A stretch of DNA of 64,000 nt from Lama guanicoe (GCA_013239625.1 MU053652.1:8940077-9004076); one strand, 5' to 3'. Positions 25,641-38,680 are shown, numbered from the stretch's first letter. Program-made: numbers and translations. The notes: generated by a model not told the origin, from the sequence alone.

Positions 25641-28600
25641 CAAGCGTTTATAGCCCCAGTGTGGCAATTTCCATAGTCAGTGGCAACTCCTGGCACTGAG
25701 GGAGCTGTGTCCTTGTTGACCCCCTTGTTATTAAAAATGCACAAGCGCTGCGCTTCTCAATATTTCAACACTCTTTCATTGTCAATACCACCTTCTGAGC
25801 CCTTCAGCTTGTTGCTTGCTCTAAAGATCTTCTTAGATTGGGTTTGAAAACTTCACCTTAAACACTAGATTAGACTGATGTTCTGTTTTCCGTGCTCCTG
25901 TTGATTTGTTGAACCTTCCCAGGGCTGGAAAGCAAGTAGCAGCTTGATGGGGAGACGGGCCGCTAATATGATTTACCAGTCTACAGTCATGCACAATAAG
26001 TGTGAATAAATACAGGGGTCTCACAGAGTCAGCCCTAGCCTTTCCTTGTCTTTTATTTTTGCTTTAAAAGAGATATCTCAAGAAAATGAAGGGAGTAATG
26101 CATGCCCTTACAGGAGTTGAATGAACCACAAAAAGAAGAAAAAAAAAAGTATTTTTTTGTTAAAGTGGTAGGCTGCTGGCCTGGCCTGGATTGATGGAGA
26201 AAAAAGCGTAGAATATACACTTACTGCTTTATTCCTAAGTAGACCAGACAGAGAATAAAGCGGTAATGCCAAACCCGCGACTCCAGTGCAGGGCCCCAGC
26301 GCCCCTTGCTTGTTGTCCCCTGAAGGGAAAAGTGAATAGTCAACCAAGTTGCTTTATAAAATTAACTTCTCCAAAATGAAAGGACATTTCCTAACGGTCA
26401 CCCTTTACTGCACATTCTCCCCTTTCATATGTCTTTTTTTTTTTTTCTCTATCTTGGGGGGTTGGTTTTGGTTCGGTCAGGGGCAGGGGAATGACACTAA
26501 CTTACCTTTGACTTTTTTCTCAAGATGAAAAAAAATAGGACCTATCGTCCTCCACCCAAAAGAGGAACATATCCATTCCGGCACCAGAAATAGGAAAATG
26601 CTAGTGATTTCTGTTTGGTGGTTTTGTCTGTTTGGGGGTGGTGTGTGTGTGTGTGTGACCATAATATACAAGAAAGAAGCATTCCTAGTGAGGTTTTTTG
26701 GTTTGTTAGCTTGTTCTTCGTAGTAACATAAGCTCTGAGCTGAGCTACTGATTTCTCTTAATCATTGGCTTGATTTAGCTGAAATTCTTCAAAATGCTTT
26801 GACTTAATAATGCAAAAAATATGCATTATTAGCAGATGGAATACGCTTTCTTATAAAATGTTCCTTATAGAATAGTTGTTTGCCTTTAAAGAAAGATGAT
26901 GATTAAGTAGCTTGAGCATTTTATTAACAATAGTTCTTTTTTTCTCTGTTTTTATAGTTAACTTTAGATCATTTTATTCCCAAATTATTTTCCTTTAAAA
27001 TTACAATTTTAGCATTGTGCTGAAGAAGTTATATTCATGAGAAATGTCTGTGTTATGTTAGATGTCCTTTCAATTATCACTTAATCATAAGTATCATTTG
27101 TATGTAATGGGAAAAAGAAGTTACATTAATTTTAAATTATGTAAGGATTTTTTAAGAACATGAGATGCATGTGGAGTGATTTTAAGAAAGCATTTTCGTT
27201 TACCTCAAATTCATACAACTTACCATTTATATAGTAATTTTACAGCCTAACAGCCAGATTGACTTGTATGTTATAAATTTTGTACAATATATCATATTTT
27301 GTGCCCCCTCAACTGAAAAAAATATTATCCCTTGACGAAGGACTGTAATTTAAGAGTCATAGCCATCGAGACTCCATCTTTAGCTTTCAGATTACCTGGA
27401 GAGTGGGGCTGGGGTGACGGTGTTAATTCAGTATACTCATGTTCCGTATCACCAATACCTGTGAATGTTTATCTGCATTAAAATAGAACTCAAGAAGTTG
27501 CAGCTATAAGTAATTTGAAATAAGGAAATAGGGAGTTTAAGTATTAGAAATTAATCTATTATGATTTAATATGTCAGCCGAAGTGCTGAGTTTATCATCA
27601 GTTTACTTTTTAAGAATTTAAGAGTGTCCAATTTAGAAAACTTGTTTCTGATACTTTTACATGCCGTAAAAATTAAGAAAGTAATCATTAGGAAAGAGCA
27701 AAATTGGGAATTATAATAACTTTTTTTAATTATAACCTATCTCATATTTTAAAACCTTGTGCAATATTCATTTGTCCATTTGAGATCCCAGTATTCAGTA
27801 AATCAGTTATTCATTTTAACTAGCTTATCACATGAGTGCATATATGACCAGTATACTAACAAATTAATAGAAATGTGATGAAATGTTAAACTAATTCATT
27901 TTTAATTTATGCTTAAAATACCATTCCTTGTACTAGATTTTATTAGAACACTGTTAGTAAATACAAGTCCAGGTGAATTTCAGATTTACTTGTATCACTT
28001 AAGGTTTCTTTTAGAAATTTGAATTTACTGCTTGATTATGAAAGAAAAATATTTTTAAGATTTTTTCTTTTGTGTTTGAGTACCTAAGAACATATGCACA
28101 CACACGTGGGATCTGTAGTGTCACTGTGTTTGTGTGTACAGGCAAGGCACAAAATCACTTCTCTTTCAAAAACTCTTGTCGCTGAATGGACGTTGATATT
28201 TCTCACAGTTTTCTGAGTGAGTAGCATTATTTTCTTACAGTATTACCTACTAAATTCAGTACTTAACTGAATCCCTGAAAATGTCATCACTAATAGCCAG
28301 TTGCCTTTTTTTGAAAATAGGAATAAAATTTCTTCTTTTTTTTTTTACTTTACTCACAGGCATTACATAGAAGCAAGAAATCACATTAAAGAATTTCAGC
28401 TTTCCCCTCAATTGAGTTGTAATAAACAGTGAGAAATTATGAACCCTCCAAAAATACTCACAAAATGAAGCAGATTGTTTTATTTTATAATTTGGTCAAC
28501 TGACATCTGTTTCGTGATTTTTATAAGACACAAGAATTCCATCCTGATACTGTCCCTTCCTAAGATCTGAAATCTTTATTTTAGGAGGTTTTAGACCATC

Positions 28601-29157
28601 TTGGCAAATACTTAACAACTGATGGTAGATAAAGGTGTGACTGAGGGTTCCAGTGGAGCTGTGGATGTTTTTTTGCTGTCCCTCTTTTAAAATGCTATTT
28701 CTAGTCACTGCCTAAAGGCAGAACACATCTATTCTGATTTTGACATAACCTCCAGGCTCATAGGAAATTCCCCTTTGAAAATACTTCACCTGTTTTTTCC
28801 TGCTGCTTGGCAGTCCATTCAGTCCCGTAACGTGTCTTTAGTGCCCATTGTTACCTACAAATTACGAAGCAGGCCGCTAGGCTGCAAGTGCAAAAATACT
28901 GTTCCCCATGAATATGTTACAGCTGAAAGACTGTAATGTTAATTCATGTAAAGAACAGCCTAGGTCAACACAGCAGATTTCCTAGCAAAACATACAATTC
29001 TGTTAACAGGAAATTATAGCATTGTTGACTTCAAGTGCTGATCTGTGGTCATTTCAGAGTGTTTCATTACCCCCTCATTACCGAATCTATTAAATGAGTG
29101 CTACAGAGGCTGTTTCTTTTTTGTTCTCCGCCCCTCTGCCCCCATCCCTCTTTCCAG

Positions 29158-29262
29158 CAATGGTACAGCAGTTCCATGAAAGTCATTTGCGTGTGGTTGG
29201 CTGATAGATTAGACCTTCAGCTTCATATTTACCAACTGAAGACGCTCATCAAGATTGTGAAG
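29158..29262 (+). CDS. CADPS2: CADPS2 penultimate coding exon, [35 protein letters not shown]
   Basis: Long polypyrimidine tract plus CAG (AG 29156-29157), 105 nt, phase 0/0, AAG|GTAAAC donor. The peptide matches the CAPS family C-terminus. Confidence 0.97.
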
Positions 29263-30202
29263 GTAAACAGAATGTGTTTAGATGTGAATTGCCCACCGAG
29301 CTATAAAGAATGGTGGCAGGATATTGACACAGGAGAACATCATATTTCATATAACTGAGTGGATGTAAGGACTTTAAAAACACCACTTTCAGCAATGCTG
29401 TTTATTTTATTTTCAGGTAGATTACTAAATAGATATAAATGTATCTTTTTTGCACTAAGAAATAAAAAGTATTTTGTCATGAAGTAACCACGTTTTAAGA
29501 TAATATACGTAGTCGCCAGCACATTTACCTCAATGTAGTAGGTCCACAAAAATTTCGTTTTCTTAAGTATGGAAATGTTTCCTCCTAACATATTTCCTTC
29601 ATATTTATTAGGATCAGAGGTCATTATGAGGGCTTTTGAATTATGTTTGCCCCTAAGATAAGGAGAATGTCCATTATTTCATTATATCCTGACTCGAAAG
29701 TGAAGTATCATCACTGCCTGAATTCTTTTGGATGCATGCCCCTTCTTATATGTGAGAGATGATCAGTCTGAGTGTTGAGGGTCATTCAAAACCACTGATC
29801 GACAATGTGTCAGTTCAACGAGGCCATTTTGACTTCTGCTTTTCAAGAGAAAAGGTGATCACGTACATGTTATATTTAGTGAGTGGGGCTTTACAGTAAT
29901 ATATTATTCAACATGATTTTTCACACCTTGTAAATTCTAGTAGAAGCACAACGTATACCACAAGTATAACTTTTTCTTAAAATTGAGGCAAATTCTACAT
30001 TATGGCTAAAACTCTATGCTATTGAGAATCAGCTGAGACTTCAATTAAGTGACCTTTACTTCCATTTTAGTACCATTTATCAAATGGTATTTTTATACCA
30101 TTTATATATTTATATACATGTGTCTATGTATGTGTATGTGTATATATGCACATACATATGTGTGTATATTTATGTGTATGTATGTGTGTATATGTACACA
30201 TA

Positions 30203-30395
30203 CAGTGGTTCTCATGGTGTCATTTCTGATCTAACATGATCAGCATCACCTGGGAACTCATTAGACATGCAAATTCTTGGGCACCACCCCAGGTCTACTA
30301 AATCAGCTCCTCTGAGAGTGGGACCCATCCATCTGTACATGAACAAGCCCTCCCAATGATTCTGATAGATGATAAAGTTTGAGAAGAACCACTCT
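30203..30395. mobile_element. MER5A-like hAT-Charlie DNA transposon
   Basis: Termini cagtggttctc ... agaaccact, with internal cagcatcacctgggaactcattagacatgcaaattctt and aacaagccctccc...tgattctgat. Length about 190 bp. Confidence 0.85.
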
Positions 30396-31010
30396 GTCAC
30401 ATAATTAAAAGCTTTATCCACTTTAAAGTATTTTCCATCCTTCTCTTGGTTCTTGCAGTCTCGTAGAATACAAATGCACTTGTGCCATAGACACACAGGT
30501 TGTCACAGATTAGAAAGACTCGCCAAGAGGAAAGCTCTGTTCTAAAGTCAGAAATTGGCAAATCTGTTGGAACATAGAACCAGACCTACAATGTCACAGT
30601 GCTAGCAATCATGACCAGTCATAAATAACAAGTAAAATTATAGCCACCCACTGATTTTAATACTATTCAACACATTACATTTCAATCGGCAGAATACCTT
30701 TGATCTAGAACGCTTTTTACCAGATGTTATTTACTTTACAAAGAAACTGAAAGCACACTATGATATGTTCGTGTTTGCTTTAGTTTTTCCATTGTTCCTT
30801 TCTTGCCTCTATAAATGTGACTTGGAGAGCCTTCAAGTGAAGTTTGTTTTTCGTAAAAGAGAATCGGGATAACCTGTGTTTACCTTCTACCTGTATGTGC
30901 ATGTTAAGATTGCAGTCTGTACTGTGACTAATCTTGAGATTAGGTGGTTACCCTTAAGATCAGCTGTATTTCCAACTAATGTCTACTCTGTTCAAGACGT
31001 CAGAAATTAA

Positions 31011-31239
31011 GGGATAGACTGGGATTTCAAAATTGTAGAACAGATAAACAAGATTACACTGTATAGCACAGGGAACTATACACAAAATGTTATGATAAAT
31101 CACAGAGAAAAAAATGTGACAATGAGTGTGTATATGTCCATGAATGACTGAAAAATTGTGCTGAACACTGGAATTTGACACAACACTGTAAAATGATTAT
31201 GAATCAATAAAAATGTAAAAAAAACAAAGACAAAAAAAA
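31011..31239 (+). mobile_element. Young 5'-truncated L1 3' end with poly(A) and perfect 17-bp TSD
   Basis: L1 3' UTR motif tgtatagcacagggaactata, AATAAA and an A-rich tail. TSD aagacgtcagaaattaa at 30994-31010 and 31240-31256. Confidence 0.92.
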
Positions 31240-34200
31240 AAGACGTCAGAAATTAAATATTCAGCTGATTAGTATTCGTTGATGGGTTAGTAAGCTCTTT
31301 TTTTTAGAATAAGAATATCCATTTTTGATTAGCCCATCATTTGTTTCCTTAAAGTTACTCCTTTTCTTGTCGTCACATAATCACAGCAGTTACAGTTTAA
31401 GCCTCAGTGAATATTTTAGCAGAAAAAATGATTAATCACTTTATTAATTATAGGGTGGCATTTCCATTGTATTCTAAGCCAATCAGTTTATCTTATTTTA
31501 TATATTCTTCATTATTGCTACCAATAGTGAAGACTGAGAAATATGAAATTAAAGTTCATGAATATGTTTGAATTTCCCTGTTTTGTTTTTCACAAGCAGG
31601 TCCCCAGACTCAGCCAGTGCTTTCTTGGTCTGATACATTTAATCAAGTCATAGGGCTTTATTTAATAATTAAAAATGATTATTTTCACAATGAAAATTAG
31701 GATGAGTTAAAAATTTAATATTCTAATTGTTTTATATACTTTGAATATAAACAGACTGTAACTGATTTCATACATAGAGTCATCTTTCTTCAGAGCTTAT
31801 ATGCTTATGTTTATAATGTGCATTTGCCAGTGAATTAAGCAGCTGTTAAACAGCACATGTCTGGGGTTGTGCAGGCCCCTGAATGGGCTTTCCTTCCGTC
31901 CACATCACTTAGACTAGGCCTGCATGTCACAGCAGAGTATTGCATTCCACCTGGGAGCCAAGCTACCGGACTCTGGCAACCGGTCCTTACCATCCCAAGC
32001 ATTGTTGTTCTTCTGTGCCATGGAGACCCAGATGTGTGTGACAGACCGCGCTCCTCCACAAAGACACTTAGACACTGATTGGTTCATTCATGTTGCCACT
32101 AGCAAAAAACAAATCACGGTGAGATTGTCACAAAAGATTTGAGACTAAGAAATGGTTTGTAAAGTTTTAACATCAGGCTGATTTACTTGGGGAGGGGAAG
32201 CAGAGACTCCTCAAATAGTCAGAATGGCTGATGGATTCCTGTTCCTGTTCCTGTTCCCCCTAGCGGCCCTTTGACATTTAAAAGCAGTTAATGGAAATCA
32301 GCCGCCTCTTTCACTAAGCGAAAAGAAGACAAGTGAGCAGCACCCTGTGGCAGGCACTTGTTTTAAGTAAGAGCCAAGCAGACGTTGGCAGAGGGTCTCC
32401 AAGTGTCAATGACATTTTCTGAATTCTAAAAAGAGAGAGAGGGTTTGCAAGATACCTGCCCTACAGGCAGGTATTGTAACTGCCTATCACTTACTGATAA
32501 AATAAGGAGGCAGACTCTTAACTATGCGCAAATTAGAAAGCCTTTAAGACAACAAAGCCACAATACAAATCTGTCGTGGCCACTTACTGATAAGTAAGCT
32601 AAGTCTAAGGAAAGTCATTTCAATAAATTGAGACTCACAAACTCAGTATATAATTGTCAGTGGAACAGTAATACTTTATTTCAGATCCATTATCTGTAGA
32701 TGAATATTTTGTGTTATATATATATATATATACCTATTAGAGGCTTGAACACAAATCTTTATGGTAATAATACCATGTATACTAGTTACCAGATTTTCTA
32801 GACAAAATTTACCTTACAGAGTTACTTCATGGGGTCTGATACTAATTACTGTAAGCTTTAATGTGAAAGTATCCCCTTAGTAATAAAAAGCTTTAATAGT
32901 TTAGAAAGAGATTATAAGGATGGTGGGCTTTATGTAATATAATATATTATATTAATATTAGATAATATAATCGAATTTAAAATAGTTTTGGTCATTCAAG
33001 TTAAAAAAAAAAAACACTCTCTAAATCTCAGTGTTTCTTGTCCTTGAGATACTGACCTCAGATGCAATTCAGTATTCCTCACAGTCCAGGTCATTTTTTG
33101 GACATGTGGTAGACTTTTCAAATATGAATTTTATTTATAACAAGTGAATATCGCTTCTGAAACTTGGAATGCAACCGTGGGGCAGAAGTTGAATGATAGA
33201 AGATAGGAAGATGAAATGTGAAAATGCCGATGGTCCCGCTAGCTTGTAATGGTTCTGCTGCTCCCCAGAAGTCTGTTAGGAGGCCACGTGTATGTATCAC
33301 GTGTATGTATCACAGGGATTAAGATGCCATCCTTAAGCACTTCCTACCTCTCGTGAATAAGCACCTTCAGCTACAGTGTCTGAATATTGTGATATTTTCC
33401 GTTTAATTGTGTGGCGTGAAATCAAGCATCCCTTAATGTCAATATCCAGCTGTTGGGGTTGTAACATTGGGCCAGGAAAGACTTCTTCCTTGACGTTTTT
33501 CATCTATTAAGTGCTAACCAAAACAAACAAAAAGCCCAAAAAACCTCCAGGTGACCATGAGCAATCATTCAACAGTGAAAACAGAACAAAACAGTGGTGC
33601 ATTGATACGTACTGATACTTTGGCCAGTCCTTTGAAATCTGGCTGTTCAATATTCTTAATCTAACATAGCACAGCAAAAAAAAAAAAAAAAAAGTTTAAA
33701 AATGGCCTTAGAAGTGCCTTTACAGAATGGGATATCTCCATTTGTGCTTTGTTTCCCCATTGAACTAACTCTAGACTTTTTTTTTTTACAACTTTAAAGG
33801 TCAATATTAAATACCAGCCTTGTTTAGTCCTAGAAAAATCATGTATGAAGAGTCTCACTTGAGGAAGAAAGTGAAATAGGGAAGTTTTATAGGTTGTATA
33901 TCTTAAGGGCCCCAGAGACCAGCGTTTTGTTGTTTTTTTTTCCCATTGTTTTTAGGCTCTCTATGTAAACAACAACATGGTATTTGTTCTATTTTTGACA
34001 TATAATGTACCAAATAATAATTTACTGTTTCACAAAGAAAGTAAATAGTATTATTTTATTAGCCCGTCTAACGGAAACTTAATGCCAGAATTCGACACGT
34101 CATATTCTTAGGCAATTTCAAAAGGAAAGGACAAAATTCATACAGACATTTAGAGGTACACAAATATTTACTCAGTGTACATCGAAATAAACTTTACAGT

Positions 34201-34690
34201 TCACAAATGCCAAAAATGCAAACTTCTTTTAGTGATTAATCCTCTCCCTCCACACACCTGCCCCCGAAAGCTAATGCATTTTATAAAATGTAATGTGTTT
34301 TTAATATCAAAATAAAGGCTCTTCAATTGAAAAACTAAGAATTCCTTCATATTGAAAGTGTACATAAGTACATATTATTTTACCTTTGTTACAGGTTATT
34401 CAAATAGTAAATTCTGTGCAATTAGTACTATTTTGGGGAAAGGCTTACTCGTCTTTAGACAGTTACATTTTGATCTGCTCAGAGTAGCTCTGGTTTGAAT
34501 AGCACTATGCAAAGGCTCTCATTTCATTTTCTCCCCAGAACTACACCAACAAGATGATTGACATGGGCAGCTACAATCTGAATCCATTAGTGAATTGCCC
34601 CAGATCATTTCTGAAATGCTGAGTATATATATATTTGTTTAGACATATAATCCGTAAGGGATCTAAGCAAATCCTCTCTCCTTCCTCCAG

Positions 34691-34861
34691 AAAACCTATA
34701 GGGACTTCCGATTGCAGGGTGTGTTGGAAGTTACCCTGAACAGTAAGACCTATGACACCCTGCACAGACGGTTAACAGTAGAGGAGGCTACAGCTTCGGT
34801 TTCAGAAGGAGGACTTCAGGGCATTACAATGAAAGACAGCGATGAAGAAGAAGAAGGCTGA
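34691..34861 (+). CDS. CADPS2: CADPS2 last coding exon, [56 protein letters not shown]
   Basis: cctctctccttcctccag acceptor, phase 0, 56 codons, then TGA (34859-34861) followed directly by TAA. The acidic tail is characteristic of CAPS2. Confidence 0.97.
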   Translation, partial: KTYRDFRLQGVLEVTLNSKTYDTLHRRLTVEEATASVSEGGLQGITMKDSDEEEEG

Positions 34862-35554
34862 TAACACGCAGCTCTGTAGAAGGAAGGAGAACCTTGACGT
34901 TTGTTTTGTATCTTGTCCTTGTAATGACATTGTTTGGACCAAATGAAAATGCTTATAACTCACTCTACATAAAAAGTTAACCCGGAAGCAGAGTTAAAGG
35001 AGAAAATGCCAGTTATTTTTTGAAGATCAGCCTTTTTGTGTAGCTTGACCTAAAATGACCTTGGCTCTGTTTGTAATTGGAACATGAACCTTTTTTTTTT
35101 TTTAAGAAGATGTGACTTTTTTTTCCCTGTAATTACATCAAAGTAATGTCCTCTGTGTGAAGTGAGATACGTGTTTCTCATAATACAACATTGTGAGGAC
35201 AAGCCACTTCTAATCACTGCGCAAGCTCTATTGTACCCTTGTTAAAATGGTGTGTACTTTGACACTTTATCGTTTATGTGCAACGTTTGTTTCCTAGGTA
35301 ATTTACCATTGTTGTGATGTGTGTAAAAACTTTAACCTTGGTTCTTAGTACTCTGAATTAGTCTGTAGGTGTATTCCTGGGCTTAAAGGATCACCAAACC
35401 CAAGTATAGACTAGATTTTCCAATGGGCTTGTGTCTTGCTCCATTCTGAACATTTCTTCTTTTGAGTGTAAAAAAACCCCGAAGTGTGAGGTAGTAAGTG
35501 TACTGCCGTCAACATACCATATTCTCCTATTTCTAAGTGTAACAGCTTGCAGGC

Positions 35555-35680
35555 AATAAAAATCCACTTGGTCATAACCACTTCTGTATGTATAAATTAA
35601 ATGCAGTAAAAAAATGTTCACAGCATTACAAACATCTCAACAAGTTGGCTCTGTGTTTTTGTTTATTTTGTTTGTTGACA
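35555..35680 (+). terminator. CADPS2: CADPS2 polyadenylation region
   Basis: AATAAA at 35555-35560 and ATTAAA at 35596-35601, followed by a GT/T-rich downstream element (ctgtgtttttgtttattttgtttgttg, about 35651-35677). Implies a 3' UTR of about 0.7-0.75 kb. Confidence 0.7.
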
Positions 35681-36585
35681 ATCAAATGAGTAAAATACAT
35701 TAACACTGCTTTCCACCTAGTAGGCACACACATTTGTTAAAAGAATTAAGTTACTATGACAGCATATTTCCATAGCAAAGGTAATGTTGAGTACATACTC
35801 ATCTATCATATATTGTTAGTTAACATTAGCAATTAGTGTTAACTAATAATAAGTCATACTAGGAATACTAGTAATGTTAACTAGCAATTGATGTATTAAC
35901 AGTTTTTCTTCCCCCGAAGTATTTTCTGGCTACAATTTTGAATTGTAACTTATTCTTGAATTTTAATTTTTATATCTTTTCAAAACTATGCTGGCATTTT
36001 TCATTCATAAGTAATTTTTAAATGAAGTAAGTTAATGCAAAATACGTGGAGGGATCCCCATAAGTAAACCTAAGCTCCTGAACTTTAAAGTGAAACAACT
36101 TCTCGGCCCTCCAAACTTTTTCCTGGTACCTTGATACCCAGACTAGCCCACAAAAATCTATTTAATCCACAGTTTCTGTATAATATTATTTTGGCTCAGT
36201 TCGGGGTCCTGGGGAGGGGGTCAAGACCTTGTGCTATAAGATAGACGTGAAAGGAAATTTCTTCCCCTTTCCTGGATTAGAGACCGACCCTACCAGCTCA
36301 GTATTGTTGAAAGACAGTTTGTCTTGGAATGCTGTCCTTCCCTTTCTACTCCACCCTCACGCCAGCACCATCTTTTTTTCAAGCCCCCAGGTGTCCAGTC
36401 ACATCATGCTCCCCGATGGTACCCTCCCCAAGCTTGCTCTACACAGATCAAATTGCTCTATGCTTGGAAATTACCCACCTTTCTTTTCCTTTATATAAAA
36501 TGTCTGTTTCTTTGATACAGCTTATCTTAGAGTAATTGGCCCATTTTGTCCTAAAGTACGAATAACTGATGACCCCACCTCCTTA

Positions 36586-36588
<3 letters not shown>

Positions 36589-36616
<28 letters not shown>
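36589..36616. repeat. (AT)14 microsatellite
   Basis: Perfect AT dinucleotide run. Confidence 0.97.
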
Positions 36617-36620
<4 letters not shown>

Positions 36621-37127
36621 AGAAATATCTAGATCATAGAATTCAGAAATAAAAGGGAAAGCATGTGTTGCGAGGGAGTATACTTAGGTCCAGGAGGGTC
36701 TCGCTGATGACCTGACCTGTTTAACCTACCTTCTGGCCTTCTTTGCTGGTCAGCCTCTTGTAGCTTTTGTACAGGTTTGGAAATTCTCTGCTCCTTCCGT
36801 TGTACACCTACGAGATTTCTAAAACTTTCCCACTCCAACCTCCACTGGCTTGCACCAGGAGGACGATAGCAGTCAAAGGCAGGTGGTGGAGATGCTCACA
36901 GTTTTACGAGGACTGTGCGGACTAACCTTTGAGCCACAGAAAGGTGTGTGGAGAGAAATTTATAAAGTCACTCGAAAAGAATGAATAGTCATTTTTGGGT
37001 TTTTGCCCAGAAATGCTCCTCAACAAAACTGCAAATTGCTTGAAATGACTTAATAATTGTTCATTGGTGTGTGTAACTGTGAGGGTGAATGCCCAAGCGT
37101 CTGTCTATTAAAGGAAGCCAAGTGCTG

Positions 37128-37133
<6 letters not shown>

Positions 37134-37158
<25 letters not shown>

Positions 37159-37193
37159 CGCACACACACACACACACACACCACACACACACA
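37134..37193. repeat. Interrupted (CA)n microsatellite
   Basis: About 60 bp of CA repeats with two interruptions. Confidence 0.97.
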
Positions 37194-37569
37194 AATTTAA
37201 AAAGGAATTTAATTGAAAACCTACCAAGTGTAGCACAATTTTTGAAGTGAAAATTATTTTTAACTCAAAAGAAATAGCTCTCCCTTCCTAAAAGGTTTGG
37301 GGAAAGAGCCAAAAAATACATTCTTTGGACAGTTTGGTGAGTGTTGCAGGAGAAAATAACTAATACTGTTCAATGTCCAAGCGGAATGGGTTTGTTAATA
37401 CATCTAGAGGGAAAGTTTCTCCAAACACATGTTGGAGAAAATAATAATAATGCCTTTTCCCGGAAAGAGAAAGAATCACACAGAGCTTAATGTACGCCTC
37501 CCATCTCCAACTGTGGGGCGTTCTTCCATTCACGGATTTTTCCACTTGAATTCCCCTTAGTCCTTATTC

Positions 37570-38680
37570 ATTGTCCCTCGCTCCGGAGAAAGGATTTCCC
37601 GCTACTTCTGCAATAAACGCCCGTGCAAAGTGTCTCGGGGCTCCCACTGCGCCCCTCAGGGTCACAGCCGGCCTGGCCCCGCGGCGACCGTGGGTGAGGG
37701 GGTCCGTGAGGTCCTGGAAGGTGCTCCTGGCGGGAAAGCCGCCACTCGGCCGTCGCCACTCCTTGAGCCCCGACACCTCTTCCCGCTGCCGCGGTCAGCC
37801 TCTCAAGAGGGACGCTCCCCGCGCCACCTCGCGAAAGCCCGCGGGGACCCCAAGCCGGGGACCCCGCGCAGACCCCGCCTTCCGAGCCCCTCCCGCCACG
37901 CGTTTGGCGGAAGGACTGATGGAAAACATTAGAGCAAGCGCTTGGTCGCCTTTCTTTCTTACTCCCAATAGAGATAATGGAAATTTCCCAGTCCAGGTCC
38001 CTAAAGGGAGGTGACAGATCGATGTTCCTGGGAGATGTTCACGCGCCGCTGGCCCCGCGCGCTCTGCGCTCACTCCTCACCGCAACCCCAGCCCCGCTGA
38101 CAGCCTGCGAGCCGTCCCACCCTGACTGGTTTTGTGCAGAGATCTGAGGCCTGGTTTGTGGGGATTCCGGAGGATAGGGTTCGTCCCGCCTTCACATTGA
38201 GCCCCGACTCCCACTCCACTCCCTCCCTGGTACTATGCCCGGAGACGCCGTGGGGCGTGGGTCTCTCTCTCCCTTCTAGTCTTGCGCACTGGACCGGCAG
38301 GAACCTTCACGAAAGGCTGGCGGCTCAGCTGGCCCTGGTACTTTGCTGCGGATGGAGTCGAGCGCAGGGGCCTAAGCGGCCGGGCAGAGGCGAACAGCAG
38401 CTGGGACCGCGCAGCAGCGACGGCCCCGAAGCACCCCCACCCCCACCCCCGGGAGCTGAGAGGCTTTCCCCCAGCGCGGGCTGGAAGATGGGGTGCAGAC
38501 CTGCCTTAATCCGCCCCTCTCCGCAACGTTACGGAGCAGAGGCGCGCGCAGGCTGTGAGCGCAGAGCTCTGAGCCTGGGTTCCGGAAGTCACGAGTGACG
38601 GTCAACCACGGTCTATCAGCGCGCATTATGTGGCCGCTTTTAAAAGAGAAGGAGGCAGTGGAATGTCCGCGTGTACTCCC
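37570..38680. promoter_or_regulatory. Intergenic CpG island between CADPS2 and FEZF1
   Basis: Abrupt switch to GC-rich, CpG-dense sequence against an AT-rich background. Boundaries judged by eye. Confidence 0.85.

Noticed and set aside
35812..35850. AT-rich hairpin (attgttagttaaca ... tgttaactaataat) downstream of the CADPS2 poly(A) region
   Set aside because: It is short, low-complexity and weakly stable, too small for a pre-miRNA, and likely chance or a decayed repeat.
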